From an uncultured Gemmatimonadaceae bacterium (GTDB lineage Bacteria; Gemmatimonadota; Gemmatimonadetes; Gemmatimonadales; Gemmatimonadaceae), in assembly GCA_963740355.1 (NCBI GenBank), contig CAVUDW010000003.1:832001-896000 (forward strand): a DNA stretch of 64,000 bases. Direction: 5' to 3'. The translations under genes were made by a program, and so were the position numbers. This document shows, in pieces, positions 9,236-19,782 of the stretch. Each line of letters opens with the position of its first letter. Position 1 is the first letter of the stretch. The notes under the pieces are model-generated. The model was not told the origin of the DNA. It ran no database searches and saw nothing but the letters and a program-made list of their open reading frames with translations.

Positions 9236-10138
9236 TTGTTGACCCGACGCATCCTCATTCTGGCCACGATCCTCGGCACACTCTGTGGGCTGCCACTGTC
9301 CGCGCAGCGTCCGGTGAAGGTGTTCATCTCGGTCGACATGGAGGGCATCGGTGGCGTGGTCACGTCCGAGCAACTCAGCCCGACGGGATTCGAGTACGCG
9401 AAGTTCCGCGAGTACATGACTGCTGAGGCACTCGCGGCGATCGAGGGTGCGCGACAGGGCGGCGCAACCGAGTTCGTGGTCGCCGACGCGCATGGCAACA
9501 TGCAGAACCTGCTCATCGACAGGTTCCCGGTTGGGGTGAGTATCGTCCGCGGATCACCGCGGCCGCTGATGATGATGCAGGGCATTGACTCGACATTCAG
9601 CGCCGCAATGTTCATCGGGTACCACGCTGCCACCACCAACGCGCAAGGCGTGCGCGCACACACCATTTCCAGCGCGACGTTTTCCGCCGTGAAGTTGAAT
9701 GGTCGACCGATGGCAGAATCAGCCATCAACGCGACGGTCGCCGGGTCCTTCGGCGTGCCCGTGGTGATGGTGTCCGGCGACGAACAGGCCGTGGCCGAGG
9801 TGCAGTCGCTTTTGGGCAACGTGGAAGGGGCTGTCGTCAAACGCTCGATCAGCTTTCACGCAGCCGTGGTCATGACGCCCGAGGCATCCCAGGCCATCAT
9901 CCGCAGCAAGGCGAAGGCGGCAATGCTCCGACTGAGCGAGTTCAAGCCGATGCCGGCGCGCGGGCCATTCATGCTGGAGCTCTCCTTCAAGAGCTATACG
10001 CCGGCTGAAATGATGGCCTACATGCCCGGCGTGGACCGGGTGGACTCACACACGATCCGCTTCCGTGCGGCGTCCATTGTAGACATCTCGCGATTCCTTG
10101 AGTTTGTCACCAGCTATCGCGCGGATCTCACGCCGTAG
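9236..10138 (+). CDS. dppA: M55 family D-aminopeptidase (DppA-like) with apparent signal peptide
   Basis: KVFISVDMEG, VADAHG, FIGYHA, AHT, VSGD motifs. Confidence 0.9.
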   Translation: MLTRRILILATILGTLCGLPLSAQRPVKVFISVDMEGIGGVVTSEQLSPTGFEYAKFREYMTAEALAAIEGARQGGATEFVVADAHGNMQNLLIDRFPVGVSIVRGSPRPLMMMQGIDSTFSAAMFIGYHAATTNAQGVRAHTISSATFSAVKLNGRPMAESAINATVAGSFGVPVVMVSGDEQAVAEVQSLLGNVEGAVVKRSISFHAAVVMTPEASQAIIRSKAKAAMLRLSEFKPMPARGPFMLELSFKSYTPAEMMAYMPGVDRVDSHTIRFRAASIVDISRFLEFVTSYRADLTP

Positions 10139-10184
10139 CGCGCGGATCACTTCGGGAACAGGAGACCTTCGCATCATCGTGTCG

Positions 10185-10433
<249 letters not shown>

Positions 10434-10530
10434 GTCGCCGCTGGTCTTCAACGTCATGGCGTTCAGCCCGCTGGTGTCAGCGGAGTTGCTGCGACGTCGC
10501 ATCGACGTCCGTCCTCTTATCCGAGTAGCT

Positions 10531-10983
10531 GTGTCAGCGTCGTGGGTTCCAGTCTCGTTCGAGACCTGTGCGTACGTGCAGGGCCCCTTCTATCATGGAA
10601 CGCGCGCCACGCTGTCCGTGGGCGACCTGTTGACGACGGGGCACGAAACGCATTTCGAAAGTGGTCGGGTACTCAAGCACCTGTATTTCGCTGCACTGAT
10701 GGAGCCAGCGATCTGGGGGGCCGAGCTCTCGATTGCTTTGTCCGGGTCGTCCGGGCGCGGCCACATCTATGTGGTGGAGCCAACTGGGCCGTTCGAGGAT
10801 GACCCCAATTTGACCAACAAGCGCTTTCCGGGGAATCCCACGCGGTCCTATCGTTCGCGCGACCCACTGAGAATCGTCGGTGTGGTGTCTGACTGGCAGG
10901 GACACTCTGCTGAAATCATTCGGGGAATGCTGGACTCCCTGGACAACCTGAAGCGCCAGGGTCTGTCCGTGATCGAGGAGTAG
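10531..10983 (+). CDS. arr: NAD(+)-rifampin ADP-ribosyltransferase
   Basis: 150 aa from GTG; QGPFYHGT, GDLL, WGAEL, IYVVEPTGPFEDDPNLTNKRFPGNPTRSYR, PLRIVG, DWQGH are Arr hallmarks. Confidence 0.95.
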   Translation: MSASWVPVSFETCAYVQGPFYHGTRATLSVGDLLTTGHETHFESGRVLKHLYFAALMEPAIWGAELSIALSGSSGRGHIYVVEPTGPFEDDPNLTNKRFPGNPTRSYRSRDPLRIVGVVSDWQGHSAEIIRGMLDSLDNLKRQGLSVIEE

Positions 10984-10993
10984 GGCCGGCTCG

Positions 10994-11082
10994 ACCTGGC
11001 ATCGGTTACTGCAGACGAGCGTCTTCAGAAGCGCGCTGCGCGCGAGTCTATGTCGATGTTGCACGCAAATTGCAGGCTGGGC
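10994..11082 (+). other. Possible eroded attC-like site downstream of arr
   Basis: ACCTGGC-ATCG-GTTACTGCAGACG left arm similar to 7412-7435, central CGCGC-T-GCGCG hairpin; right arm poorly conserved. Confidence 0.3.
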
Positions 11083-11159
11083 GAGTACCGCTACGAGCCC
11101 GCCCCAGTCCCGCACGTTGTCTCGTGCGACACGTCTTGTTCAACTTCTTCGGAGTACCT

Positions 11160-11375
11160 GTGAACACATCCAAGGTCGTCGGTTTGATTCTTCTCGTTGG
11201 TGGAGCACTTGCTCTAGCCTTCGGAGGCTTCTCGTACACAAAAAACACCAGCGCGGTGAAAGTCGGGCCTGTTGAACTCGCGGTGAAGGAGAAGGAGTCC
11301 GTCAACGTCCCGCTTTGGGCCGGGGTCGCAGCCGTCGTTGCTGGTGGCTTGCTTCTCGCAGTCGGCAAAAAGTAG
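11160..11375 (+). CDS. Small two-TM membrane protein (DUF3185-like)
   Basis: GGAG RBS, GTG start; TM-GGFSYTK...KVGPVEL...VPLWAG-TM. Confidence 0.75.
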   Translation: MNTSKVVGLILLVGGALALAFGGFSYTKNTSAVKVGPVELAVKEKESVNVPLWAGVAAVVAGGLLLAVGKK

Positions 11376-11421
11376 CTGGCAGCTGCCTTCCATCCGTTCT
11401 GATAACACCGGCAACTGACGC

Positions 11422-11461
11422 AAAACGGCCCCCGCACCGGTATCTCCGATGCGGGGGCCGT
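11422..11461 (-). terminator. Rho-independent terminator hairpin
   Basis: ACGGCCCCCGCA...TGCGGGGGCCGT stem with AAAA on the left (U-tract on the minus strand), between convergent ORFs. Confidence 0.75.
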
Positions 11462-11475
11462 GCGCCATGTGCTGA

Positions 11476-11633
11476 TTACTTCTTCGATTCCTTCAGGTAT
11501 GGATCGGCGATGAGCAGTTGGAACTGCCCGCGACGGTCGGCGGCGTTTGCGACCTCACCCGGTCCTTTGACGACCAGGTTGTTCTCGCCACGAGTCGTGA
11601 TGTCGATTCGATCCTGATCTACGGGCCGAGCGC
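11476..11633 (-). pseudogene. Orphan C-terminal fragment of an OmpA/Pal-like peptidoglycan-binding domain
   Basis: ALG[frameshift]VDQDRIDITTRGE...ANAADRRGQF matches the OmpA-C pattern LG(I/V)xxxRIxxxxxGE...NRR; no start codon. Confidence 0.5.
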
Positions 11634-11731
11634 GGACGAAAATCCGTCGGCGTAGTTGAAGATGACGGTGATGGTGAGTCGACGAATTGACCTCGCACCA
11701 GCGCGCACTATTGCGCGCTGTTGCGGCTGAA

Positions 11732-12115
11732 TCACCCGCGGCGCGCCACCAACTCGATCTCCACCTGCGCATTCAGTGGCAGCCCCGCCACCGCCACCGT
11801 GGTGCGCGCCGGATGCGGCGCGTCGAAGCGCACGGCGTACGCCCCATTCATCGCTGCAAAGTTGGCCATGTCGGTCAGATAGACGTTGCACTTGATGACG
11901 TCGCCCATCGTCAGCCCGGCGTCCTTGAGCGCTCCCTCGAGGTTGTCGAACACCCGATGCGTCTGCGAGGCGACATCGCCGTCGATCAGCTTGCCGGTGG
12001 CGGGGTCGATCGGCGTCTGGCCGGAGAGATAGAGCAGGTCGCCGGCCCAGATTCCATGTGAGTAGGGGCCGATGGCGGCGGGAGCGGAGGGCGCGTGGAG
12101 GTGGGTGCGGGGCAT
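11732..12115 (-). CDS. ridA: RidA/YjgF/YER057c/UK114 reactive imine deaminase
   Basis: APAAIGPYS, LYLSGQ, FAAMNGAY, PARTTV..LP...VEIE. Confidence 0.93.
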   Translation of the reverse strand: MPRTHLHAPSAPAAIGPYSHGIWAGDLLYLSGQTPIDPATGKLIDGDVASQTHRVFDNLEGALKDAGLTMGDVIKCNVYLTDMANFAAMNGAYAVRFDAPHPARTTVAVAGLPLNAQVEIELVARRG

Positions 12116-12341
12116 GGGGCGTTCCGGTGAGTGAGAATGACGGACGACACGGACACGATACTCACGGCGCACCGTGCCGCGTTGCTGCGGGCGAGGCAGG
12201 TGCGGAGTCAACGATACCAGCGTGCCGCCTGTTGCAACGATGGCCGCCCGCCGAGATTGCGTGTCGACGCCGGTGCGCCACCGACGCGACTGATCCGGCT
12301 CAGGTCCGGAACCATCCATATACAGCATTCCGGAGCACCCT

Positions 12342-13505
12342 GTGACGGATTCCACCGCACGACGTGATTTCCTGAAAGCCGGTGCGGCACTCGCATCGCT
12401 GAGCGTGATCCCGGATCGCTTCAGCACCGCGATGGCCGCGCCGCCGGCTGACACCTCAGTGAACATGTCGCATGACGGTCTGGTCCTGACGCCGCGCGAC
12501 TACTCCGCGCTCTTGCAGCGGATCACGGCCGACGGCAGGACCGAGGAGGACTACTACTCGCAAGGTGGCCCGGTCACGCAACTCGAGGCTGCCTGCGCGC
12601 GGCTCCTCGGTAAGGAGGCTGCCGTCTTCATGCCGACGGGTACGCTGGCCAACCACCTCGCCATCCGCGCGTTGGCCGGTGTCGATCGGCGCGTCATCGT
12701 GCAGCACGAAAGTCACCTGTTCAACGACACCGGTGACTGCGCGCAGACCCTGAGTCAGTTGACGCTGATGCCACTGGCACGCGGTCAGGCGACCTTCACC
12801 AAGTCCGATGTCGAAGAGGTCGTGGGCCGCACTGCGTCCGGCCGCGTCGCAACACGCGTCGGGGCGATCTCGATCGAGACGCCGGTGCGTCGCAAGGCCG
12901 GCGAGCAGTTCGCCATCAATGACCTGCGAGAGGTGACGGCGTTCGCGCGACAGCAGGGGATCCGGCTTCATCTCGACGGCGCACGAATGCTGCTCGCGTC
13001 AGCATACTCTGGCATGGCACCCTCGGAGTACGGCGCGATGTTCGACACCGTGTACATCTCGCTGTGGAAGGGCCTCAATGCCGCATCGGGCGCCATTCTC
13101 GCGGGTCCAAAATCGCTGCTCGACGGCATGTATCACACGCGCCGGATGTTCGGCGGCGGGTTGCCGCAAGCGTGGCCCTATGCGGCCGTTGCGCTGCACT
13201 ACCTCGACGGCTTCGTCGACCGCTTTCGAGCAGGTGTGCGGGTCTCAGAGGCGTTCATCTCCGAACTCGGTTCACGCGGCGGCGTGACGGCGGTTCGCAT
13301 TCCGAACGGATCGAACATCTTCCGTATTCCGTCAAATGGGATCGACGTACCTCGCGTCAGGACGGCACTGGCAGCACGCGGGATCGAGATCGCGGCTCCA
13401 CCGGCGGGAGCGACCGCGATCACACTGCAGGTGAATGAATCGTGGTCCCGTCGCAGCGGACCGGAGCTGGCATCGGAATTCCTGCGCGCGATGGGTCGTG
13501 CCTGA
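12342..13505 (+). CDS. Low-specificity L-threonine aldolase family protein with twin-arginine signal
   Basis: RRDFLK Tat motif; FMPTGTLANHLA, LHLDGAR, SLWKGL (PLP lysine). Confidence 0.85.
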   Translation: MTDSTARRDFLKAGAALASLSVIPDRFSTAMAAPPADTSVNMSHDGLVLTPRDYSALLQRITADGRTEEDYYSQGGPVTQLEAACARLLGKEAAVFMPTGTLANHLAIRALAGVDRRVIVQHESHLFNDTGDCAQTLSQLTLMPLARGQATFTKSDVEEVVGRTASGRVATRVGAISIETPVRRKAGEQFAINDLREVTAFARQQGIRLHLDGARMLLASAYSGMAPSEYGAMFDTVYISLWKGLNAASGAILAGPKSLLDGMYHTRRMFGGGLPQAWPYAAVALHYLDGFVDRFRAGVRVSEAFISELGSRGGVTAVRIPNGSNIFRIPSNGIDVPRVRTALAARGIEIAAPPAGATAITLQVNESWSRRSGPELASEFLRAMGRA

Positions 13506-13556
13506 CAGCACGGCGAGGCAACGTCGGGCACATGACCGACGCTGCCTGTCAACGAC

Positions 13557-14300
13557 TTACGCGACGGCTGCCGCCACCGTCTCCGCGTCGGCCACGCGCC
13601 CGTCAAACAGATGTACCTGTCGTTTTGCGTGCTTCGCGTACCGCTCATCGTGCGTCACCATGCAGATCGTCGCGCCATTGGCGTTCAGCTCCTGCAGGAG
13701 AGACATGACCGCCTCGCCGTTTTTCGAGTCCAGGTTCCCAGTAGGCTCGTCGGCCAGCAGGATCGCCGGATCACCCGCCACTGCCCGTGCCACGGCCACA
13801 CGCTGCTGCTGGCCGCCGGAGAGCTGCGGTGGGTAGTGCTTCGAACGGTGCGACATCTCGACACGGGCCAACGCCCGTTCCACGCGTGCCTTCCGGTCAG
13901 CCGCAGTGAGGTCGTTGCGGTAGGTGAGTGGCAGCTCGACATTCTCGGCAACCGTGAGGTCGCCAATCAGGTTGAATGCCTGGAAGATGAAGCCGATCTG
14001 CCGGTTGCGGACGCGCGCCCGCTCTGCCGGCGACAGCGTGGCGACAGCCTGCCCCGCGAGCGTGTAGCTGCCACCACTCGGCGCATCGAGGAGTCCGAGG
14101 ATCGAGAGTAGCGTCGTCTTGCCGCAGCCGGACGGGCCCGCGATCGCAACGTATTCGCCCTCGGAAATCGAGAAGTCGATCGATTGCAACGCGTGCGTCT
14201 CCATCTCATCGGTGACGAACACCTTGCGGATGCCCTGCATCTCGATCAACGGCCGGTCAGTCGCGCTCATGTTGGTAGCCAGCGTTCGGGGTGAAATCAC
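13557..14300 (-). CDS. ABC transporter ATP-binding protein (MacB/LolD-type)
   Basis: GPSGCGKT, LSGGQQQR, LLADEPTGNLD, VTHD; GTGA overlap with the upstream gene. Confidence 0.96.
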   Translation of the reverse strand: MISPRTLATNMSATDRPLIEMQGIRKVFVTDEMETHALQSIDFSISEGEYVAIAGPSGCGKTTLLSILGLLDAPSGGSYTLAGQAVATLSPAERARVRNRQIGFIFQAFNLIGDLTVAENVELPLTYRNDLTAADRKARVERALARVEMSHRSKHYPPQLSGGQQQRVAVARAVAGDPAILLADEPTGNLDSKNGEAVMSLLQELNANGATICMVTHDERYAKHAKRQVHLFDGRVADAETVAAAVA

Positions 14301-15547
14301 TTGAGCCTCACTCGTGCCGCAGTGGTATAGGCGGACATGTCGGACAGGATGACGCGATCACCAACGGCCAGGCCACCGATGATCTCGACGCTGTTGGCGG
14401 AATTGCGACCCAGTGTGACGGCCACGCGCACGGCTTCGCGACCATCGGGTGTGAGCCGGAAGAGGCTCGTCTGGCCACCGGGAACGGCGATGGCCGGCCG
14501 ACCGGTGTAGCGCACATTCGTGAGCTTCTCGATCTGAATCGTACCGTCCACGCTCAGATCCGGCACAGCCCCCTGCGGCAACGTGCCTTCGAGGGCGACA
14601 TCGATCGTGACACTCCCCTGCTGCGCCGCAGGGTCCTTTCGGATCACATGTCCACGCACGATCCCGTTGCGGGTATCGACGCTCGTCACCTGTCCGATCA
14701 CCACATCCTTGGCCTGCGACTCCGGAATGCGAAGGACCGCCTTCAGTCGGCCAGGCTGCACCACCTTCGCCAGCGTCGTGCCTTCTGGCACCCACTGTCC
14801 CAACTGCAGGGTGAGGTCCTGGAGCACTCCGGCTTCCGGCGCCCGGACTTCGAGCGCCCGCAGGCGCGCCTGCTGATTCGCGGCAATCGCGCGCAGCTGC
14901 GTCACCTGCCCTGCTTGCGTCGCGACCTGCGCATCGATCGACTCGCGCATCAGTTGCAGCCGATCCTGCTCCACGCGCAGTCGCGTCGTCATCTCCTCGG
15001 CTGCCGCGCGCCGATTCGCGACCTCGAAGTTCGCCGCCAATCGAAGGCGCGCCAGCGAATCGACGCCGGCAGCCTCCTGCACCGCGCTGAGATGCTGCGT
15101 CCGCGCGGTTGCGACGACCCCTTCCTGCGTGAGCAAGCCACTCCGCAAGTTTGTCCGCAGCGACAGCAATGCACTCTCTGCCTGTCGCACCTGCTGATCT
15201 GCCTGCATCGACTGCAATTGCAGATCAGGATTGGAGAGCTCGAGCAGCAACTCGCCGGCCTTCACGATCTGCCCCGCTTGCACGTGCACACGCTCGACCC
15301 GCGCCGAGGCTTGCGCCGTGATCCACCGGATCTGCTCAGGGGCCAGCGCACCAGGCGCGCGCACCTCGCGCACGATGTCACCCTGACGCACGGTATCGAC
15401 GAGGATCGCCGCCCGTTCGATGGTGGGGAGCGCGGCATCGAGCCTCGAGATGGCGACGACGCCGACCACCGCCAGCACTGCGCCACCCGCGATCAACAGC
15501 TTGCGGCCGTTTCGCTTCGGTGGGGTTCGAACGATGTCCATGGTCAC
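14297..15547 (-). CDS. HlyD/MacA-type periplasmic adaptor (membrane fusion protein)
   Basis: N-terminal TM, biotinyl-lipoyl halves (VQAGQIVKAGELL; VRAPEAGV...GQWV), coiled coil, C-terminal VEIIGGL..GDRVI. Confidence 0.92.
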   Translation of the reverse strand: MTMDIVRTPPKRNGRKLLIAGGAVLAVVGVVAISRLDAALPTIERAAILVDTVRQGDIVREVRAPGALAPEQIRWITAQASARVERVHVQAGQIVKAGELLLELSNPDLQLQSMQADQQVRQAESALLSLRTNLRSGLLTQEGVVATARTQHLSAVQEAAGVDSLARLRLAANFEVANRRAAAEEMTTRLRVEQDRLQLMRESIDAQVATQAGQVTQLRAIAANQQARLRALEVRAPEAGVLQDLTLQLGQWVPEGTTLAKVVQPGRLKAVLRIPESQAKDVVIGQVTSVDTRNGIVRGHVIRKDPAAQQGSVTIDVALEGTLPQGAVPDLSVDGTIQIEKLTNVRYTGRPAIAVPGGQTSLFRLTPDGREAVRVAVTLGRNSANSVEIIGGLAVGDRVILSDMSAYTTAARVRLK

Positions 15548-15583
15548 GGTCGTTCCTTACGAAAGGTTCGCGTGCGAGGCGCC

Positions 15584-18085
15584 TCAATCATGGCGAAGCG
15601 CCTGCATCGGATCAACGAGCGCCGCGCGGCGCGCTGGCACGAAGCCAGCGGCAAGGGCGACGAGGGCCAGCATGATCACGGAGAGCGAGAAGACCGACGC
15701 GTCGAAGCCCTCGAGGCCGAACAACAGCGCGCGCGCCGCCTTGCCGATCCCGATGGCCGCCGAGACGCCGATCACGCCGCCAAGCAGCGTCATCAGGCCC
15801 ACCTGCTTCATCACCATGCCACGTACCCGGGCGGCATTGGCACCAAGGGCCATGCGAACTCCGATCTCGCGGGTCCGCTGCGCCACACTGAACGCCAGCA
15901 TGCCATAGAGCCCGATCCCCGCCAGCAACGTCGCAATCACGGCGAACGCTGCCGAAAGGATGCTGATCATCCGGTCGAGGAAGACATTCTCCCGGATCTG
16001 CTGCGGCATCGACTTCAGTTCCTCCACCGGCACGGTCGGGTCCAGCTTCTTCATCACGGCCGGAATGGCCGACATCAGCTGCGCGATCGGGAGCGACGAG
16101 CGCACGTAGAAATGCAGCGCGCCGATGCTGTGATCCTGCCGCACCGCGTAGTAGAACACCGGTGGAATGGTGTCCTTCACGTCGCTGTACTTCATGTCGG
16201 GAACGAGTCCCACGATCTGCACACTCAGCGAATCCTTCGGTTCGCCGTCCACCATGAACTTGCCGACGGCGTCGCGACCGAGATTGAACTTTTTCGCAAA
16301 GGCCTCGTTCACGACCGCCACCTTTGCCCCGCCATAACCATCCGACTCGGCGATGTCGCGACCGGCGAGCATTCGGACGCCGAGCATCGTGAAGTAGCCC
16401 GGACCGACCTGGTTGAAGCGCGAACCATTGTCGACATCGGGACCGCTGGCGAAGCCCTGCACCTGCACACCCGATCCCCAACTCTCTCCGGACAGCAGCG
16501 GCACTCGGCTCGACGTGACACCGGTCACCCCAGGAATCGTCTTCAACTCTTCCTCGACGCGGGCGAGGTAGATCGCGGCACGCGTGGTATCCATGCCGGC
16601 GCGCACCGGCGACACAGCGAACGTTGCCAGATCGTTGACGGACATGCCAAGGTCGACACGACTGACGTTGCGCAGGCTCTTGAGGAATAGGCCGGCAGAC
16701 ACCAGCAATGCCATCGACAGTGCAATCTGCACGGTGACGAGCGTCGCGCGGAACCGAGCCGCAGCCTTGCCGCCCGTGATCTGGCCTGCGCCCGCACGAA
16801 TGATACCGATCAAGTCAGAACGCGTGCTGTGCAGCGCTGGGAAGAGGCCGAAGATCACCCCGGTGACGAGCGCCAGGCCAGCAGTGAAGACGATCACCTG
16901 CGGTTGCAGGTGGAACTGGATCGAGTTCGCGGAATCAGCCGGCATCAGCGACGCGATGAAACTCAACGTCACCTTCGCCACCACCAGGCTTGCTGCGCCA
17001 CCAATCAGCGCCAGCAACACCGACTCCGTCAGCAGCAACGACAGCAGCTGCCTGCGACTCGCGCCCAGTGCCAGCCGCACACCCATCTCCGCCGAGCGCC
17101 CTGCACCGCGCGCGAGCAGCAGATTCGCAATGTTGGCACAGGCGATGAGTAGCACCACCATCGTCACGCCCATCAGGAGATAGAGCGGCGACTTCGCCTC
17201 CTGATGCACACTACTCTGACCACGCCGACCATCTTCCACGGTCAGCGTCCGGGCACGGAAGCGTGTCTGCGTCTGGTCGCTCATGCCCTCCTGCAGCGGA
17301 AGCTCGACGTCGTTGATGATCGGGCGATAGAGCGCGTTGAGCGCCACCTTCGCCTGCTCGAGCGTGACGTCGGGCTTCCGCCGACCGAACACATACACCC
17401 AGTACGACCGGCGATTCTCGAAGTTCTTGAAGCCGACTTCGAGCTCTGCGCGCATGGAGATCGGCACGTACACCACCGGCTCGAATCCGAGCGTCGTGCC
17501 GTGAAAATCCTTCGGGGCCACACCGATCACCGTAAACGTCTTGCCGTTGATGCGAATCGACTTGCCGATGGCAGATGGCGACTCGCCAAAGCGGTCGCGC
17601 CAGAACTCGTAGCTCAACACGGTGACGAAGTTCGCGCCGATGACGGCATCATCCGACGGCGCCAAGAGTCGACCGGCCGCGGCCTGCAGTTGCAGGGTCG
17701 GGAAATACGATCCCGACACCATCACGCCCCGGCCTGTCAGCGGCTCGCCATCGATGGCCAGGCTCGGGCCGAACCCGCGATGCGCAGCGAGACCCGTCAG
17801 TGACTTTTGCGTCCGCTCGAGGTCGCGGTACATCGGGTAACTCAGCACGACTTCGCAACTGCCGGATTGCGAACACTGGGTCTGCCCGGGTTTCGGCCCT
17901 GGTGCGCCGAGATTGACCAGCTCACCCGGATTCGGCACCGGGAGCGGCCGCAGCAACATCTGGTCGAACAACGAGAAGATCGCGGAATTTGCACCGATGC
18001 CGAGGGCCAGCGAGAGCACGGCGATCGCCGTCACGAACGGCGTCTTGAGCAACATGCGCGCTGCGAGCCGCAGGTTACGGAGCAT
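15584..18085 (-). CDS. Duplicated MacB/FtsX-type ABC permease (ADOP-like)
   Basis: [69 protein letters not shown]. Confidence 0.95.
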   Translation of the reverse strand: MLRNLRLAARMLLKTPFVTAIAVLSLALGIGANSAIFSLFDQMLLRPLPVPNPGELVNLGAPGPKPGQTQCSQSGSCEVVLSYPMYRDLERTQKSLTGLAAHRGFGPSLAIDGEPLTGRGVMVSGSYFPTLQLQAAAGRLLAPSDDAVIGANFVTVLSYEFWRDRFGESPSAIGKSIRINGKTFTVIGVAPKDFHGTTLGFEPVVYVPISMRAELEVGFKNFENRRSYWVYVFGRRKPDVTLEQAKVALNALYRPIINDVELPLQEGMSDQTQTRFRARTLTVEDGRRGQSSVHQEAKSPLYLLMGVTMVVLLIACANIANLLLARGAGRSAEMGVRLALGASRRQLLSLLLTESVLLALIGGAASLVVAKVTLSFIASLMPADSANSIQFHLQPQVIVFTAGLALVTGVIFGLFPALHSTRSDLIGIIRAGAGQITGGKAAARFRATLVTVQIALSMALLVSAGLFLKSLRNVSRVDLGMSVNDLATFAVSPVRAGMDTTRAAIYLARVEEELKTIPGVTGVTSSRVPLLSGESWGSGVQVQGFASGPDVDNGSRFNQVGPGYFTMLGVRMLAGRDIAESDGYGGAKVAVVNEAFAKKFNLGRDAVGKFMVDGEPKDSLSVQIVGLVPDMKYSDVKDTIPPVFYYAVRQDHSIGALHFYVRSSLPIAQLMSAIPAVMKKLDPTVPVEELKSMPQQIRENVFLDRMISILSAAFAVIATLLAGIGLYGMLAFSVAQRTREIGVRMALGANAARVRGMVMKQVGLMTLLGGVIGVSAAIGIGKAARALLFGLEGFDASVFSLSVIMLALVALAAGFVPARRAALVDPMQALRHD

Positions 18086-18147
18086 AGATGTGATCCTTGG
18101 CGGATGAGAAGGACGCAGCGCACCCGGATCGGGGGCTCGGCGGTTCT

Positions 18148-18173
18148 GACGTAGCGGGACGCGGAAAGGTTTC
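18148..18173 (-). promoter_or_regulatory. Putative ECF-sigma promoter for the ABC exporter genes
   Basis: GAAAC-N17-CGTC on the minus strand, about 60 nt upstream of the permease ATG. Confidence 0.4.
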
Positions 18174-18265
18174 TTTTGCCCGCTGTGCCCCCCGCCGCGC
18201 GGATCAGTTCACAGCAGATCGGGCAGATGCGGCAGCGCGGGTGGCACTGCCCACCCGTGACCAGG

Positions 18266-19621
18266 TCACGGGAACGGGCGTGGGCGCGGCTGCGGCCAGG
18301 GCCACGGATCGGTCGCACGACGGCCGGCGAGCGAACGCACCGCAGCCTCCCGAACCGAGGCGTCGCTCGACTCGAGCAGCTCGGTCAGCAGCCCTTCCGA
18401 CCGCTCACCCGTCTCGATCAACGCGCGAAGCTGCGCGCGACGCACTTTCGAGTCCTTCTCACGCTTGATCGCGGCATTCAGCGCCGGCACGGCGGCCCGG
18501 TCGCGAATTTCGCCAAGGGCCCACGACGCCTTCAGTCGGATCTCGTCATCGGCATCGCTCAGCGCAGCGATCAATCCCGGCGGTGCGGTGCGCGTCTCGA
18601 TGTTGCCCAGTGCCCATGCCGCCGTGCCACGCACCTCACGGTCGGAATCGCGGGCCAGCACTTCGCCCAACACGCCCGCCGCGTCGGACGCCTCGCGTTC
18701 ACCGAGTGCCCACACCGCCGTCTCGCGCACCTTGGCATCACTGTCCTTCTGCGCCGAGATCTTGAGGCCGGTCACGCCAGCCTGCGAGTCGATGTTGCCG
18801 AGCGCCCAGGCGCACATCTCGCGGACACGCGGATCAGCATCACGCGACAGCACTTCGGCGATGTCCCGTGCGGCGGCTTCGGCCTCGAGATTCCCGAGCG
18901 CCCAGGCGGCTGTGCGGCGCACCGACGCAACGCGATCCTCGCGCAGCACCCGCAGCAACGCAGGCACGGCGCTGCTGGAGTCCATCTGCCCAATCGCACC
19001 GACACTCGCTTCGCGCACCGTGGAATCGGCATCGGCCAGCGTCGCGATGAGCGGACGAAGCGCGCTGCCGTCTTCGAACCGCCCGAGTGCCCACGCGGCA
19101 TTTGCACGAACACCAGCCGATGGATCACGCAGCGCCTTCGTGATCGCGGAGGTCGCGGCCTTCGGCTCCAGCAATCCGAGGCCGAGCACCGCCGTTTCGC
19201 GCACGGATGAATCGGAATCCGACAGGCGTGTCAGCAGCCCCGCAATCGCTTCGTTGCCACCAACTCGACCAAGGATGCGGACGGAGATCGCCCGCACGCA
19301 GCGGTCCATCGAGGAAACGTTCTCCAGCAGCAACTGCACATCGGGACCTGACGCCATCTCACTCCGTTCTTCGTCATCGTGCGAGAGTCGCACCGGCGGC
19401 AGTGGCGTGTGTGGCGCCGTGAGGTGCCCGCCGCCGTACCAGCCGCGCTGACCGATCGCATCAGCAGCCAACGAGCAGACGGTTTCTGGCGCACCGCGTG
19501 CAGCAGTCAACAGCGCTCGCAGATCGTTCGCGATCGCGGCTGGCGCATGCGCCTCGGCGACGGACCCACGTGAACAGGCGATGATCGCTCCAGCGATCAC
19601 AAGGGCAAAGCTTCGAACCAT
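18266..19621 (-). CDS. HEAT-repeat (PBS-lyase-like) putative lipoprotein
   Basis: Lipobox-like IIAC; about ten D-x-D-xx-VR-xx-AAWALG repeats; ends DPWPWPQPRPRPFP. Confidence 0.88.
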   Translation of the reverse strand: MVRSFALVIAGAIIACSRGSVAEAHAPAAIANDLRALLTAARGAPETVCSLAADAIGQRGWYGGGHLTAPHTPLPPVRLSHDDEERSEMASGPDVQLLLENVSSMDRCVRAISVRILGRVGGNEAIAGLLTRLSDSDSSVRETAVLGLGLLEPKAATSAITKALRDPSAGVRANAAWALGRFEDGSALRPLIATLADADSTVREASVGAIGQMDSSSAVPALLRVLREDRVASVRRTAAWALGNLEAEAAARDIAEVLSRDADPRVREMCAWALGNIDSQAGVTGLKISAQKDSDAKVRETAVWALGEREASDAAGVLGEVLARDSDREVRGTAAWALGNIETRTAPPGLIAALSDADDEIRLKASWALGEIRDRAAVPALNAAIKREKDSKVRRAQLRALIETGERSEGLLTELLESSDASVREAAVRSLAGRRATDPWPWPQPRPRPFP

Positions 19622-19641
19622 GAGAACTCCCGAGTGGATTG

Positions 19642-19657
19642 TGTTGATTTTTCAGCA
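19642..19657. promoter_or_regulatory. Putative BlaI-family operator (internal copy)
   Basis: TGTTGATTTTTCAGCA, same 16-bp palindrome as 22344-22392, 20 nt upstream of the HEAT gene start. Confidence 0.7.
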
Positions 19658-19782
19658 CTTCAGGGCAAAGGAACAGCGCGATATACGCGCGTTCCCGTCA
19701 TGCAGTGTTCGACTATTCCGAGCGATCCGAACGAAACGAGCGGTACGAGTAATCGAGCGAATATCTGGCGACGCGACGTCGC

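Noticed and set aside
14291..16690. 799-aa + strand ORF and other long antisense ORFs (e.g. 19634-21031, 44465-46252, 51106-52524)
   Set aside because: Shadow frames of well-supported genes on the other strand; expected at this GC content and carrying no motifs
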